A DNA stretch of 64,000 nt from an uncultured Candidatus Nemicrothrix sp. (GTDB taxonomy: Bacteria > Actinomycetota > Acidimicrobiia > Acidimicrobiales > Aldehydirespiratoraceae), in NCBI GenBank assembly GCA_964504305.1, contig CAZDEB010000001.1:233826-297825 (forward strand), given 5' to 3'. Made by a program: the position numbers and the translations under genes. Of this stretch, positions 46,808 to 57,068 are shown piece after piece. Below the pieces are notes generated by a model. The model was not told where the DNA came from and did not search any database. It saw nothing but the letters and a program-made list of their open reading frames with translations. The first letter of the stretch is position 1, and each line of letters begins with the position of its first letter.

Positions 46808-47586
46808 GCCATCTTCTCGAACTCACCGACATCGCAAAGTACTACGGCAACATCAACGCTCTCGAAGGCGTCACCACGACGGTCGAGGCCGGCGAGGTCA
46901 CGTGTGTGTTGGGCGACAACGGGGCCGGCAAATCGACGTTCATCAAGATTCTGGCCGGGGTGCACAAGCACAATGCCGGCACGATGAAAGTCGAAGGGGT
47001 AGAGGTCGATTTCGACTCACCTCGTGACGCGCTGGGTCGCGGCATCGCCACCGTTTATCAGGATTTGGCCATGGTGTCGCTCATGTCGGTATGGCGGAAC
47101 TTTTGGCTTGGTCAGGAGCCCCGTAAAGGTCGCGGCATCTTTACCCGCATCGACGAAGCTCCGGCCAAGGCGATTGCCAAAGAAGAGCTTGCCCAAATGG
47201 GCATCGATATTCGTGATGTCGAACAGCCTGTTGGCACTTTGTCGGGCGGCGAACGCCAGTCGGTGGCGATCGCTCGAGCCGTGCACTTCGGCGCCAAAGT
47301 CCTCATCCTCGACGAGCCGACCTCGGCGCTTGGCGTAAAGCAGTCAGGTGTCGTGCTCAAGTACATCCTTGCGGCACGCGACCGCGGGCTGGGAGTGATC
47401 TTCATCACTCATAACCCCCATCACGCCTATCCGGTCGGCGATCGATTCATGATTCTCAACCGTGGCAAGAGCTTGGGGAACTTCGCCAAGTCCGAACTCC
47501 CGCGAGACGAACTCGTGAAGATGATGGCTGGCGGAGCAGAGCTTGATCAGCTCACCCACGAGCTTGAGTCGGCCGGCGGAGGCTGA
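46804..47586 (+). CDS. ABC transporter ATP-binding protein
   Basis: Walker [10 protein letters not shown], the signature LSGGERQ and Walker B ILILDEP are present. ATG 46804 overlaps the permease stop (ATGA). Confidence 0.9.
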   Translation: MSHLLELTDIAKYYGNINALEGVTTTVEAGEVTCVLGDNGAGKSTFIKILAGVHKHNAGTMKVEGVEVDFDSPRDALGRGIATVYQDLAMVSLMSVWRNFWLGQEPRKGRGIFTRIDEAPAKAIAKEELAQMGIDIRDVEQPVGTLSGGERQSVAIARAVHFGAKVLILDEPTSALGVKQSGVVLKYILAARDRGLGVIFITHNPHHAYPVGDRFMILNRGKSLGNFAKSELPRDELVKMMAGGAELDQLTHELESAGGG

Positions 47587-47593
47587 ACCCACC

Positions 47594-48565
47594 GTGGTCG
47601 CGTTCGATCTTCTTTCCATCGGGCGTGTCAGCGTCGACTTGTACGCCGAGCAACCAGGCGTGTCACTTAGCGAGGTCAGCACCTTCCGGAAATCCATCGG
47701 TGGGACGGCTACCAACGTCGCGGTAGCCACCGCGCGGTACGGGCATCGTGTTGCGCTCGCGACGCGTGTGGGCGACGATCAGTTCGGCCGCTACATCGGT
47801 CACGCGCTCGAAAACACTTTCGGAGTTGACCCTCAGTTCGTCGCGACCCATCCGACGTTGAGGACCCCTCTGGCTTTCGCCGAGCTCGATCCGCCCGCCG
47901 ACCCGACGATAATTTTCTATCGCGAGCCGGCCGCACCCGACACCGAAATAGAGGCGACACCAGAGCTCGTGGCCGCAGTTGTCGAGGCTAAAATCTTCTG
48001 GGTTCCAGCGAGTCGCTTTGCCTTTGATCAAAGCCGAGAAGTGGTGACCAGCCTGCTACGCCAAAGGGCCAGTTTGCTACCCCAAAGAGCCAGCCGCCAC
48101 ACCGTGCTCGATCTCGACTGGCGCGAGATGTTTTGGGTCTCGGAGTCCGAAGCGACGAGCCGCATCGAGCCCATGCTCGAACATGTTTCGATAGCCATCG
48201 GCAACCGCAAGGAGTGCGAGGTCGCGGTTGGCAGCTCAGATCCCGACACCGCGGCCGACCGCCTTTTGGAATACGGCCTTGAAGCCGCGGTCATCAAGTT
48301 GGGAGCCGAAGGCGTGATGGTCGCCACCACCGAGCGCCGCGAACGGCTAGCGCCCTTTCCGGTGGCGGTTGTGTGCGGTTTGGGCGCCGGAGATGCGTTC
48401 GGAGGAGCGTTTTGTCACGGACTCCTCGAAGGCTGGGACCTGCCAGAAGTTGTGCGGTACGGCAACGCCGCTGGCGCGATCGTGGCCGGCCGAATGATGT
48501 GTGCCGACGACATGCCGACCGCCGCCGAAGTCGACCAGTTTCTTCAGGAGCGTGATCCACGATGA
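47594..48565 (+). CDS. iolC: 5-dehydro-2-deoxygluconokinase (PfkB family)
   Basis: FDLLSIGRVSVDLYAEQPGVSLSEVSTFRKSIGGTATNVAVATARYG and the C-terminal GAGDAFGGAF motif are present. The start was trimmed to GTG 47594 to avoid a 44-nt overlap. Confidence 0.8.
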   Translation: MVAFDLLSIGRVSVDLYAEQPGVSLSEVSTFRKSIGGTATNVAVATARYGHRVALATRVGDDQFGRYIGHALENTFGVDPQFVATHPTLRTPLAFAELDPPADPTIIFYREPAAPDTEIEATPELVAAVVEAKIFWVPASRFAFDQSREVVTSLLRQRASLLPQRASRHTVLDLDWREMFWVSESEATSRIEPMLEHVSIAIGNRKECEVAVGSSDPDTAADRLLEYGLEAAVIKLGAEGVMVATTERRERLAPFPVAVVCGLGAGDAFGGAFCHGLLEGWDLPEVVRYGNAAGAIVAGRMMCADDMPTAAEVDQFLQERDPR

Positions 48566-49455
48566 GCGACCTTCACCTGACGAGTCCTGCTCTCAGTTTG
48601 GGCACCGACCCGATCCACTTGACCCCCGAAAGGGCCGGTTGGGTCCACACGGGACTGCGAGTGCTCGACATTGGACCCGGAGAGGAACGCACCATAGAGA
48701 CCGCGAACGACGAAATGATCGTCTTGCCGCTGAGTGCGCAAGATGTGAGCATCAAAGTCGGGGAAGACACGTTTCGTCTCGACGGGCGGGAATCGGTGTT
48801 TGCTCGGGTTAGCGACTTCTTGTACGTCGGGCGTGATTCGACCATCACGATCGAGGCCACTACTGGCGGAGAGATCGCCCTCGCCACGTCTCGATGCGAT
48901 TTGGCGCTGCCTCCGAAGTACGGAGCGACCGACGGGATCGAGGTCGAGGTGCGAGGCGCTGGTCCGGCCACCCGACAAGTCACCAACTTCGCGAGCCCGT
49001 CAACATGGGGTCACGCGGACAAGATCATGTGCGTCGAGCTACTGACGCCGGACGGTAACTGGTCTTCGTATCCGCCTCACAAACACGACGACTCGCCCGA
49101 GTGCGAAGTCAACAACGAAGAGATCTACTACTTCCGAATCGGCAAGGCTGGCACCACCCAGTACAGCGATGCGGGCTTCGGGATGCACCGGACTTACACC
49201 GCCGACGGCGCGATCGACGCCAACGTTGCGGTCGGCGATGGCGACGTATTCCTTGTGCCGCGCGGCTATCACGGTCCGTGTATCGCCGCTCCCGGCTACA
49301 CGATGTACTACCTCAACATTCTCGCCGGTCCCGGCGCCGAACGTTCGATGGCCTTCTGTGACGATCCCGCCCATCACTGGGTTCGCGACGAGTGGGAAGC
49401 CATGGCGACCGATCCTCGCTGCCCCATGGTGACCTCGGCCGGAGTAGTGAACTGA
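48562..49455 (+). CDS. iolB: 5-deoxy-glucuronate isomerase
   Basis: The KduI/IolB cupin motifs …WSSYPPHKHDD…EEIYYFR… are present. Size is 297 aa. Confidence 0.85.
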   Translation: MSDLHLTSPALSLGTDPIHLTPERAGWVHTGLRVLDIGPGEERTIETANDEMIVLPLSAQDVSIKVGEDTFRLDGRESVFARVSDFLYVGRDSTITIEATTGGEIALATSRCDLALPPKYGATDGIEVEVRGAGPATRQVTNFASPSTWGHADKIMCVELLTPDGNWSSYPPHKHDDSPECEVNNEEIYYFRIGKAGTTQYSDAGFGMHRTYTADGAIDANVAVGDGDVFLVPRGYHGPCIAAPGYTMYYLNILAGPGAERSMAFCDDPAHHWVRDEWEAMATDPRCPMVTSAGVVN

Positions 49456-49457
49456 CC

Positions 49458-50378
49458 ATGGCCGATCGCATCTACATCGATCGGCCGCTTCCGCCGGGAT
49501 TCGATCAGCTGTTTGGGCCCGACTGGGAAGTTGTCGGCCCAGACCCGGACGAACTGCCTACCTGTCGCGCCGCTATCGCCGGCGCGTCGTTGTGGCCAGC
49601 CGACCGCATCGGCGAAGGAGCAATGCTCGAGGTGATCTCGCGGTCGGGGATCGGGTTCGACACCGTCGATCTGGCGGCGGCCGCGGCTCAAGGGGTAGTG
49701 GTGTGCAACACCCCTGACGCTCCGTCGATATCGACCGCCGAGCACACCCTCAGCTTGTTGATGGCGGCCACCAAGTTCACGGCCAACAACGTTGCCCGAC
49801 TGCGGGCCGGCCGGCACGACTTCTACGCCGCCAACGAAGGCATCGAACTTGCTGGTTCCACGATCGGCGTTGTTGGTTTCGGGCGAATCGGGAGTCGGGT
49901 GGCGAGAATGTGCGCGGCGATCGACATGAGGGTGCTGGTTTGTGACCCTTACGTAGAGGTTGTCGAGCACGAGCAGGTTGATCTCGCGACGATCCTCGCC
50001 GAGAGCCGAATAATCACGCTGCATACGCCGCTAACTGATGAGACCCGCAACCTTTTGGATGCCGACGCCTTTGCGGCGATGTCGGATGGCGTTGTGATCG
50101 TGAACGCCGCCCGAGGTGGGGTGATCGACACGTCGGCTCTGGTCGCGGCTCTCGATTCGGGCAAGGTGTACGCGGCCGGACTCGACGTGACAGCGCCCGA
50201 GCCGCTCGAGCCGGGCCACACGTTGCTCAACCGCGACAACGTCGTCGTTACACCCCATATTGCTTCGGCTACCGACAAAGGGCGCCAGCGGATGTATCGG
50301 GGCGCAATCGAAAACGCTCGACAAGTGCTGGCCGGCGAGCGGCCACAGAACGTTGTGAATCCGGAGGTCTACAACTAA
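49458..50378 (+). CDS. D-isomer-specific 2-hydroxyacid dehydrogenase
   Basis: GSTIGVVGFGRIGSRVA (NAD motif), …NAARGGVID… and …TPHIASAT… are present. The start is ATG 49458 (MADRIYI). Confidence 0.85.
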   Translation: MADRIYIDRPLPPGFDQLFGPDWEVVGPDPDELPTCRAAIAGASLWPADRIGEGAMLEVISRSGIGFDTVDLAAAAAQGVVVCNTPDAPSISTAEHTLSLLMAATKFTANNVARLRAGRHDFYAANEGIELAGSTIGVVGFGRIGSRVARMCAAIDMRVLVCDPYVEVVEHEQVDLATILAESRIITLHTPLTDETRNLLDADAFAAMSDGVVIVNAARGGVIDTSALVAALDSGKVYAAGLDVTAPEPLEPGHTLLNRDNVVVTPHIASATDKGRQRMYRGAIENARQVLAGERPQNVVNPEVYN

Positions 50379-51559
50379 TGACGGAGCGTAAGAAGATTCG
50401 CATTGGGGTGGTTGGGTTCGGATGGATGGGTCAGGCTCATAGCCGCTCCTACCAACGGATCCCGACCCTGTTTCCCGAGCGCACCTACGACCCCGAGCTG
50501 GTCATGATCAGCGACAACGACCCGACGCGGGTCGAGCAGGCCGTAGCCGACTTCGGATTCGAGCACGGCAGCCTCGATTGGAACGACCTGGTCGGGCGCG
50601 ACGACATCGACGTGGTCTGTATCTGCGCCCCGAACATGCTGCACGAGCCGGTCGCCGTCGCCGCCGCCGAAGCCGGAAAACATGTCTTTTGCGAGAAGCC
50701 GGTCGGCGGAACGCCTGCTCAGACCGTTCGGATCGAGGCCGCGGCTCGCCAGGCCGGTGTGATTACCGGCGTTGGCTACAACTATCGGTGGGCGCCGCTG
50801 GTGCAGTACGCCAAGCAGTTGATCGAGGCCGGCGCCCTCGGCGAGATCACCAACTACCGTGGCCGATTCTTCTCGATGTACGGCGCTGACCCTATGGGTT
50901 TGCTGAGTTGGCGTTACATGCTCGACGAGGCCGGGCACGGAGTCTCGAGCGACATCTTGAGCCACTCGATCGATCTCGCTCACATGCTGATTGGCCCAAT
51001 CAAGAAGGTGGTTGGGGCTGGCCACACGTTCATCGATCAGCGGCCGCTTCCCAAACCCGGCGGCACCCACTACGACAGTGGCAGCCCCGGCGATCCCACG
51101 GGTGCAGTCGAGAACGAGGACTACTTCGGGGCGTTGGCGGTATTCGAAAACGGCGCCCGCGGCGCGTTCGAGTCGAGCCGTTCGATCATGGGGCCAGAGA
51201 GCCAGTGCGCTTTTGAGGTCTATGGCACGTTGGGGTCGCTCAAGTGGAACCTCGAAACCATGAACGAGCTTCAGCTTTACCTCGCCGGCGATACCGCCCG
51301 CGGGTACACCACGGTCTTTGGCGGTGACCGGTACCCCTATCACGGCCATTTCGTGCCAGGCGATGCCAACCCGATCGGCTACGAAGATCTCAAAGTCATC
51401 GAGGACTACGAGTTCTTGTCATCGGTTGCGGCTGGTCGCCAGCACCAACCGGGGTTCGCCGAGGCCATCGACTATGTCAGCGTGCAAGACGCCCTGCTGC
51501 GGTCGTGGGAAAGCGAGCGGTGGGAAACGGTCGAGCGCTTGGTTCCGAGGGAGACATGA
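50378..51559 (+). CDS. Gfo/Idh/MocA-family oxidoreductase (paralogue 1)
   Basis: IRIGVVGFGWMGQAHSRSY and CEKPV are present. Size is 393 aa. Confidence 0.85.
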   Translation: MTERKKIRIGVVGFGWMGQAHSRSYQRIPTLFPERTYDPELVMISDNDPTRVEQAVADFGFEHGSLDWNDLVGRDDIDVVCICAPNMLHEPVAVAAAEAGKHVFCEKPVGGTPAQTVRIEAAARQAGVITGVGYNYRWAPLVQYAKQLIEAGALGEITNYRGRFFSMYGADPMGLLSWRYMLDEAGHGVSSDILSHSIDLAHMLIGPIKKVVGAGHTFIDQRPLPKPGGTHYDSGSPGDPTGAVENEDYFGALAVFENGARGAFESSRSIMGPESQCAFEVYGTLGSLKWNLETMNELQLYLAGDTARGYTTVFGGDRYPYHGHFVPGDANPIGYEDLKVIEDYEFLSSVAAGRQHQPGFAEAIDYVSVQDALLRSWESERWETVERLVPRET

Positions 51560-53409
51560 TGGAGACCATCAAACTCACGACCGCAGAAGCGATCGTTCGC
51601 TACCTGATTGCTCAACGGACCGTAATCGATGGCCAGAATGTGGCGTTGTTCCCAGGGGTGTTCGCCATATTCGGCCACGGCAACGTCACCTGTCTTGGGC
51701 ACGCCCTCGAGCAGCACAACGACGAACTCCCAACATGGCGTGGCCAAAACGAACAAGGCATGGCCCTGGCGGCAACCGCCTACGCAAAGTCGATGCGACG
51801 CCGTCAGATCATGGTGGCGACATCGTCGGTTGGCCCCGGCGCAACAAACATGGTCACCGCCGCGGGGGTTGCCCACTCCAACCGCTTGCCGTTGTTGCTG
51901 ATCTCCGGCGACACCTTTTCGTCCCGTTTGCCCGACCCCGTGTTGCAGCAGGTGGAGCATTTTGGCGACCCGTCGACCACGGTCAACGATTCGTTTCGTC
52001 CGGTCAGCCGTTACTGGGACCGGATAACAAAACCCGAACAAGTAGTGACATCGTTGCCTCAGGCGGTTCAAACAATGCTCGATCCGGCGACCTGCGGCCC
52101 GGCGTTCATTGGGCTACCTCAAGACGTCGGTGCCGAGGCCTACGACTTCCCATCACGGTTCTTCGACGTCACCGTTCACGAGATTGCTCGCCCCCGCGCT
52201 GACCGCGGTCAGCTAGAGGCCGCCAAGTCGGCGATCGCCGCCGCAAACAAGCCGCTCATTATTTGTGGCGGAGGCGTGCATTACTCCGGCGCCGAGTCCG
52301 AACTTGCCGCCTTTGCCGAGACCCACAACGTCCCCGTCGTCGAAACGGTCGCGGGTAAGGCCACGCTGCTGGCGTCACACCCGCTCTATGCGGGGCCGAT
52401 CGGAGTTACTGGTTGCACCGCGGCCAACGCGTTGGCGGGCGAGGCCGATGTTGTCATTGCCGTTGGTACGAGGCTGGCCGACTTTACGACTGGGTCATGG
52501 ACTGTTTTCAGCAACGAAAGCACTCAACTCATCGGGCTCAACGTTGCCCGGTTTGACGCCAGCAAACACCGGTCTCTGGCCGTAACCGGCGATGCTCGCG
52601 AGACATTGCACGAACTTTCGCGCCTGCTCGGCAGCTACCAAGCGGGCGACGATTGGACACGTTTCGCCGCCACCGAAACGGCACAGTACAACGCTTACAT
52701 CGACAAAATCGCTGCGCCGGGTTCTGCCCCGGGCGAGCTACCTACTTATGCGCAGGTGGTCGGCGCCATTGATCGCCTGGCCGGCCCCGACGACTTCGCC
52801 TTGGCCGCGGCCGGCGGTTTCCCCGGCGAAGTCAACAACGGTTGGCGACAAAAGGCCCTCAATAGCTTTGACTGCGAATACGGCTATTCGTGTATGGGCT
52901 ACGAGATCTCCGGTGGATGGGGAGCGGCCATGGCCATGCCGGACAAAGACGTGACGGTGTTTGTCGGCGACGGGTCGTACCTGATGTTGAACAGCGACCT
53001 CTATAGCTCGGTGCTTTCGGGGCACAAGATGATCGTGATTGTTTGCGACAACGGCGGGTTCGCGGTCATCAATCGGCTTCAGGTCAATCAGGGCGGGGTG
53101 CCGTTCAACAACCTGCTCGCCGATTCCAGGATCGTCGAAGAAGTGCGCGTCGACTTTGCGGCCCACGCGGCAGCGATGGGATGTGTCAGCGAAACCGTGA
53201 GCACCATCGAGGAACTCGAAGCGGCCTGGCTTCGTGCCAAGTCAGCGGATCGAACTTCGGTGATTGCGTTGAAAACCCACAACAACTCCTGGACCGAAGG
53301 CGGCTGCTGGTGGGAGGTCGGCGTGCCCGAAGTGTCGGCGCTGCAGACCGTTCTTGATGCTCGGGCCGAACTCGATGACGACAAGGCCGCCCAACGAGCA
53401 GGTTGGTGA
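51556..53409 (+). CDS. iolD: 3D-(3,5/4)-trihydroxycyclohexane-1,2-dione acylhydrolase (ThDP-dependent)
   Basis: TTAEAIVRYLIAQ…IFGHGNV…, the ThDP motif GDGSYLMLNSDL and the matching length (617 aa) fit IolD. The ATG overlaps the upstream stop. Confidence 0.9.
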   Translation: MMETIKLTTAEAIVRYLIAQRTVIDGQNVALFPGVFAIFGHGNVTCLGHALEQHNDELPTWRGQNEQGMALAATAYAKSMRRRQIMVATSSVGPGATNMVTAAGVAHSNRLPLLLISGDTFSSRLPDPVLQQVEHFGDPSTTVNDSFRPVSRYWDRITKPEQVVTSLPQAVQTMLDPATCGPAFIGLPQDVGAEAYDFPSRFFDVTVHEIARPRADRGQLEAAKSAIAAANKPLIICGGGVHYSGAESELAAFAETHNVPVVETVAGKATLLASHPLYAGPIGVTGCTAANALAGEADVVIAVGTRLADFTTGSWTVFSNESTQLIGLNVARFDASKHRSLAVTGDARETLHELSRLLGSYQAGDDWTRFAATETAQYNAYIDKIAAPGSAPGELPTYAQVVGAIDRLAGPDDFALAAAGGFPGEVNNGWRQKALNSFDCEYGYSCMGYEISGGWGAAMAMPDKDVTVFVGDGSYLMLNSDLYSSVLSGHKMIVIVCDNGGFAVINRLQVNQGGVPFNNLLADSRIVEEVRVDFAAHAAAMGCVSETVSTIEELEAAWLRAKSADRTSVIALKTHNNSWTEGGCWWEVGVPEVSALQTVLDARAELDDDKAAQRAGW

Positions 53410-54245
53410 TGTCTGAGCCCCAAGACTTTGCGGGCCGGGTTGCGTTGATCACCGGAGGTACCCAAGGCCTCGGGTATGCGGTAGCCGACCTGCTGCGGGC
53501 CCGAGGAGCGGCCGGGTTAGTGCTGGTCGGGCGCGACCAAGCCAAAGGCGCCGCCGCGGCGGAGTCGTTGAGCAGCGAATCGTGCCGGGCGGTATTTGTG
53601 TCGGTGGACCTCGCGCACCGGTCGGCCATCGACGAAGTGATGCAAATAGTCGAAGCCGAGTTCGCCACGCTGCATGCCGTCGTGAACTGTGCTGCCAAAA
53701 CCGATCGCGGTTCGGTCTGGGACACATCGCCGGAACTTTGGGATCAGATGCTCGCGCTCAATGTGCGCATGCCGGCGCTGCTGGCGCAAGCCGCGGCTCG
53801 CATCATGGCCCGCGAAGGCGTCGAAGGGTCGATTGTCCTTATCGGCTCGGTTGCCCATCACGGCGGTGCCGCGAACTTGCTGCCCTACTCCACATCGAAG
53901 ATGGCGCTCGTCGCCATGACTCGCAACATGGCCTATCAACTGATGCGACATCGCATCAGGGTGAACCTGATAAATCCGGGGTGGATGGACACTCCCAATG
54001 AAAATCTCACCCAGCGCAAATGGGAAGGCGCAGGCGACGGCTGGCTCGAGGCCGCCGAGGCCGCGCAGCCGTGGGGCAAACTGATCAAGCCTCCCGAGAT
54101 TGCTCGCACCATCGTGCACCTCGCTACTGCCGAGAGCGGAATGATGTCTGGAGCCAGTATCGATTGGGACCAAACAGTGGTGGGGGTTGGTCCAGGGGTT
54201 CGCGCCGAGCCAGAGCTTGGTGAACTCCCCAAGGATATGCGGTGA
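53409..54245 (+). CDS. SDR-family oxidoreductase
   Basis: ALITGGTQGLGYA and YSTSK are present. Confidence 0.85.
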   Translation: MSEPQDFAGRVALITGGTQGLGYAVADLLRARGAAGLVLVGRDQAKGAAAAESLSSESCRAVFVSVDLAHRSAIDEVMQIVEAEFATLHAVVNCAAKTDRGSVWDTSPELWDQMLALNVRMPALLAQAAARIMAREGVEGSIVLIGSVAHHGGAANLLPYSTSKMALVAMTRNMAYQLMRHRIRVNLINPGWMDTPNENLTQRKWEGAGDGWLEAAEAAQPWGKLIKPPEIARTIVHLATAESGMMSGASIDWDQTVVGVGPGVRAEPELGELPKDMR

Positions 54246-55234
54246 TGGGAGGTCGGCCGCTTCGGGTAGGCGTCGTCGGCGCGGGTGGCATGGGAGCGTG
54301 CCACGCCCGAAATGTTGCCGAGATCGCCGGTGTCGAACTTGCGTGGGTCGCTGATCCCGACGACTCAACCGGCCCCGAAATAGCGGCCGACCTCGACTGC
54401 GGCTGGGTCCCCGATGCCAACGAGGCGATCGACGAATGCGACGCCTTGGTGGTGGCCTGTCCCGATCGGTTCCACGCCCATTTCCTAAACGCCGCGCTCG
54501 CCCGCCGCTTGCCGGTCTTGTGCGAGAAACCAATGACCGTAGAGCTCGCCGATGGGCGCAGAATCATCGACACAGAACAAGAGATCGGTCGGCGACTGGT
54601 GCAGGTGGGATTCATGCGCGTCTACGACGAACGCCATGTTCAGGTAGCCGATGCAGTGGCCGGACTCGGTGTGGTGAACCACATCCGCAGCGTCCATCGC
54701 AACACCAACGAGGTCGCTCGCCCGCTTGACCAGATGCTCGTCGAGTCGATGATCCACGATATTCATTCGGCTCGTTGGCTCTCAGGCGCCGAGATTGTCG
54801 AGGTTCGGACCTCTGTTGTTCGGCGCGATCGTGGCATCCGAATGGCGATCCTCACGTGTCGGCTGTCAAACGGCGGAGTCGCGACCCTCGAATTTGACGA
54901 CGCCGCCGCCGGCTACGAAGTCTCGATCGAAGTTTCCGCGGACCGTGGCAATGTGGTGTCGGCCGAGACGCCCCGAGCGGTTGTTCGTGCCAATGGCTCG
55001 GTGGGGGCAGAACTCGGTGATGACTGGTTCACGCCGTTTCTTGCGACTTACCGCGCCGAGATGGGCGATTGGCTCAGCTCCATTGGTGACGGCGTAGCTC
55101 GTGGGCCATCAGCGTGGGACGGGTACGCCGCTCAATGCGTGGTGGCCGCGGCGGTTGCGTCCTACGAGTCCGGGTTGGCGGTTCCGGTCGAACTTGGCGA
55201 TCAACCAAATGTCTATCAGGAAGGCCCATCGTGA
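54242..55234 (+). CDS. Gfo/Idh/MocA-family oxidoreductase (paralogue 2)
   Basis: LRVGVVGAGGMGACHARN and CEKPM are present. Size is 330 aa. Confidence 0.8.
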   Translation: MMGGRPLRVGVVGAGGMGACHARNVAEIAGVELAWVADPDDSTGPEIAADLDCGWVPDANEAIDECDALVVACPDRFHAHFLNAALARRLPVLCEKPMTVELADGRRIIDTEQEIGRRLVQVGFMRVYDERHVQVADAVAGLGVVNHIRSVHRNTNEVARPLDQMLVESMIHDIHSARWLSGAEIVEVRTSVVRRDRGIRMAILTCRLSNGGVATLEFDDAAAGYEVSIEVSADRGNVVSAETPRAVVRANGSVGAELGDDWFTPFLATYRAEMGDWLSSIGDGVARGPSAWDGYAAQCVVAAAVASYESGLAVPVELGDQPNVYQEGPS

Positions 55235-56235
55235 CGGTGAGAATTGTGGTGCTTGGTACCGGGCGGATCGGATCGATGCACGCCGAATACATTCACCATC
55301 GCGTTGATGGTGCCGAGGTCGCCGGCGTCTTCGATGTCAGCGAGCAAAGCGCACGGGCGGTCGGATCGAGTCTTGATGTGGCCGTGGCCGCAACGCTCGA
55401 CGAGGCGCTGGCGTTTGATGCCGACGCGGTCGCCATTTGCACATCCACCGACACCCACGTCGACACGATGGTCGCATCGGCTCAGGCCGGCCGGGCAATC
55501 TTTTGTGAGAAGCCGATATCGCTGAACATCGCCGAGGTTGATCGCGGTCTGGCCGCGGTGGAGACCGCGGGCGTTGCGCTCCAGATCGGGTTCAACCGGC
55601 GCTTCGATCCCAGCCACAAGGCCGTCGCCGACGCGGTGCGTCACGGAGCGGTAGGGGACGTAGCCGTTTGCAACATCACCAGTCGCGACCCAGGTCCACC
55701 GCCCATCGAGTACATCAAAGTGTCCGGCGGGATCTTCAACGACATGACAATTCACGACTTCGACATGGCTCGTTATGTCACGGGCAGCGAGGTCGAGTCG
55801 GTCTACGCGGTGGGAGCGGTAAGGGTCGATCCAGCAATAGGTGAAGCGGGCGATGTCGACACTGCGGTGATCGTGTTGACCCACCAAAGCGGGGCAATCA
55901 CCACCATCGACAACTCTCGTAAAGCCGTATACGGCTACGACCAACGAGTCGAGGTGTTTGGCAGCAAGGGCATGGCTCAGTCAGACAACTTCCACGACTT
56001 CAACAGCCGCCTGGCAACCGATCAGGGCTTTCGCCAGCCGCCGTTGCAGAACTTCTTTCTCGAGCGCTACACCACCAGCTACCTCGATCAGTGGGCGGCA
56101 TTCGTGTCTGTCGTTGCCAACGGCGGGGCGTCGCCCGTGTCGGGCCAGGACGGCCGAGCCCCGCTGCTGATGGCCGTAGCGGCAAAGAGAAGCTTGGATG
56201 AAGGACGTCCCGTGCGAATTGAGGAAGTCGAATGA
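55231..56235 (+). CDS. iolG: Gfo/Idh/MocA-family oxidoreductase, IolG-like inositol 2-dehydrogenase (paralogue 3)
   Basis: VRIVVLGTGRIGSMHAEY…CEKPISL…GFNRRFDP… resembles IolG/IdhA. GTG 55231 overlaps the upstream stop (GTGA). Confidence 0.7.
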   Translation: MTVRIVVLGTGRIGSMHAEYIHHRVDGAEVAGVFDVSEQSARAVGSSLDVAVAATLDEALAFDADAVAICTSTDTHVDTMVASAQAGRAIFCEKPISLNIAEVDRGLAAVETAGVALQIGFNRRFDPSHKAVADAVRHGAVGDVAVCNITSRDPGPPPIEYIKVSGGIFNDMTIHDFDMARYVTGSEVESVYAVGAVRVDPAIGEAGDVDTAVIVLTHQSGAITTIDNSRKAVYGYDQRVEVFGSKGMAQSDNFHDFNSRLATDQGFRQPPLQNFFLERYTTSYLDQWAAFVSVVANGGASPVSGQDGRAPLLMAVAAKRSLDEGRPVRIEEVE

Positions 56236-57068
56236 GTGAGGCTCACCTGATCCGGTCGAACGATACGTCGTCGCTTCGTGTCGAAGTCACACCCCATAGC
56301 GCGTCGTGGAAGTATCTGAGCTTCTCGGTGATCGATCTCGGCCCGGGCGGTTCTCATCGCACCCACCTCGCCAACGAGGAGACGGCGATAGTTCCGCTGC
56401 GAGGATCGGCGATGGTTCGGGTGGGCGACGTCGAGTCTCACGTCTCGAGATCCGATGTATTCGACGAGATGCCACGCGTTGCCTACGCCCCACCCGGTTC
56501 GCCAGTAGAGATCGTTGCCGACGAACACTTTGAATTCGCCATCGGCTCAGCCCCGGCGCAAGGAATCTACCCCGCCCGCATTATCGAACCGAACGAGATG
56601 AAGAGCGAGGTCCGTGGCGGCGGTGCGGCTCGTCGACAGGTAAATCACATCTTGGCGCCGCCGATCGATGCCGAGCGCCTGATCTTGTACGAGGTCTACG
56701 TGCCCCGAGGTTCGTGGTCGGGGTGGCCGCCGCACTGTCACGACGGGTTCGATGGGTCGCCTTATCTCGAGGAGACCTACTACTTCCGGCTCGATCCGGC
56801 CGACGGATTTGCCATGCATCGCAACTGGCGAACCGACGAAGACTTCGACGAGGTACTGACGGCCGGAGATGGCGACTGCGCTCTGGTCACCAAGGGATTT
56901 CATTCGACGGCCGCCGCGCCGGGAAGCCACATGTTCTTTCTCAACTATCTCGCTGGCGATCTGGTGGACGGCGAGCGGGTCACCCCACCCTGTTTCCACG
57001 AGGCCTACACATGGATAGAGGCTGACTGGGATGCGTTTGGGTGGGAGCTCCCAAAGGTTCGACCATGA
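56232..57068 (+). CDS. second IolB/KduI-family cupin (5-deoxy-glucuronate isomerase paralogue)
   Basis: …WSGWPPHCHDG…EETYYFRL… parallels the first IolB. Size is 278 aa. Confidence 0.75.
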   Translation: MSEAHLIRSNDTSSLRVEVTPHSASWKYLSFSVIDLGPGGSHRTHLANEETAIVPLRGSAMVRVGDVESHVSRSDVFDEMPRVAYAPPGSPVEIVADEHFEFAIGSAPAQGIYPARIIEPNEMKSEVRGGGAARRQVNHILAPPIDAERLILYEVYVPRGSWSGWPPHCHDGFDGSPYLEETYYFRLDPADGFAMHRNWRTDEDFDEVLTAGDGDCALVTKGFHSTAAAPGSHMFFLNYLAGDLVDGERVTPPCFHEAYTWIEADWDAFGWELPKVRP

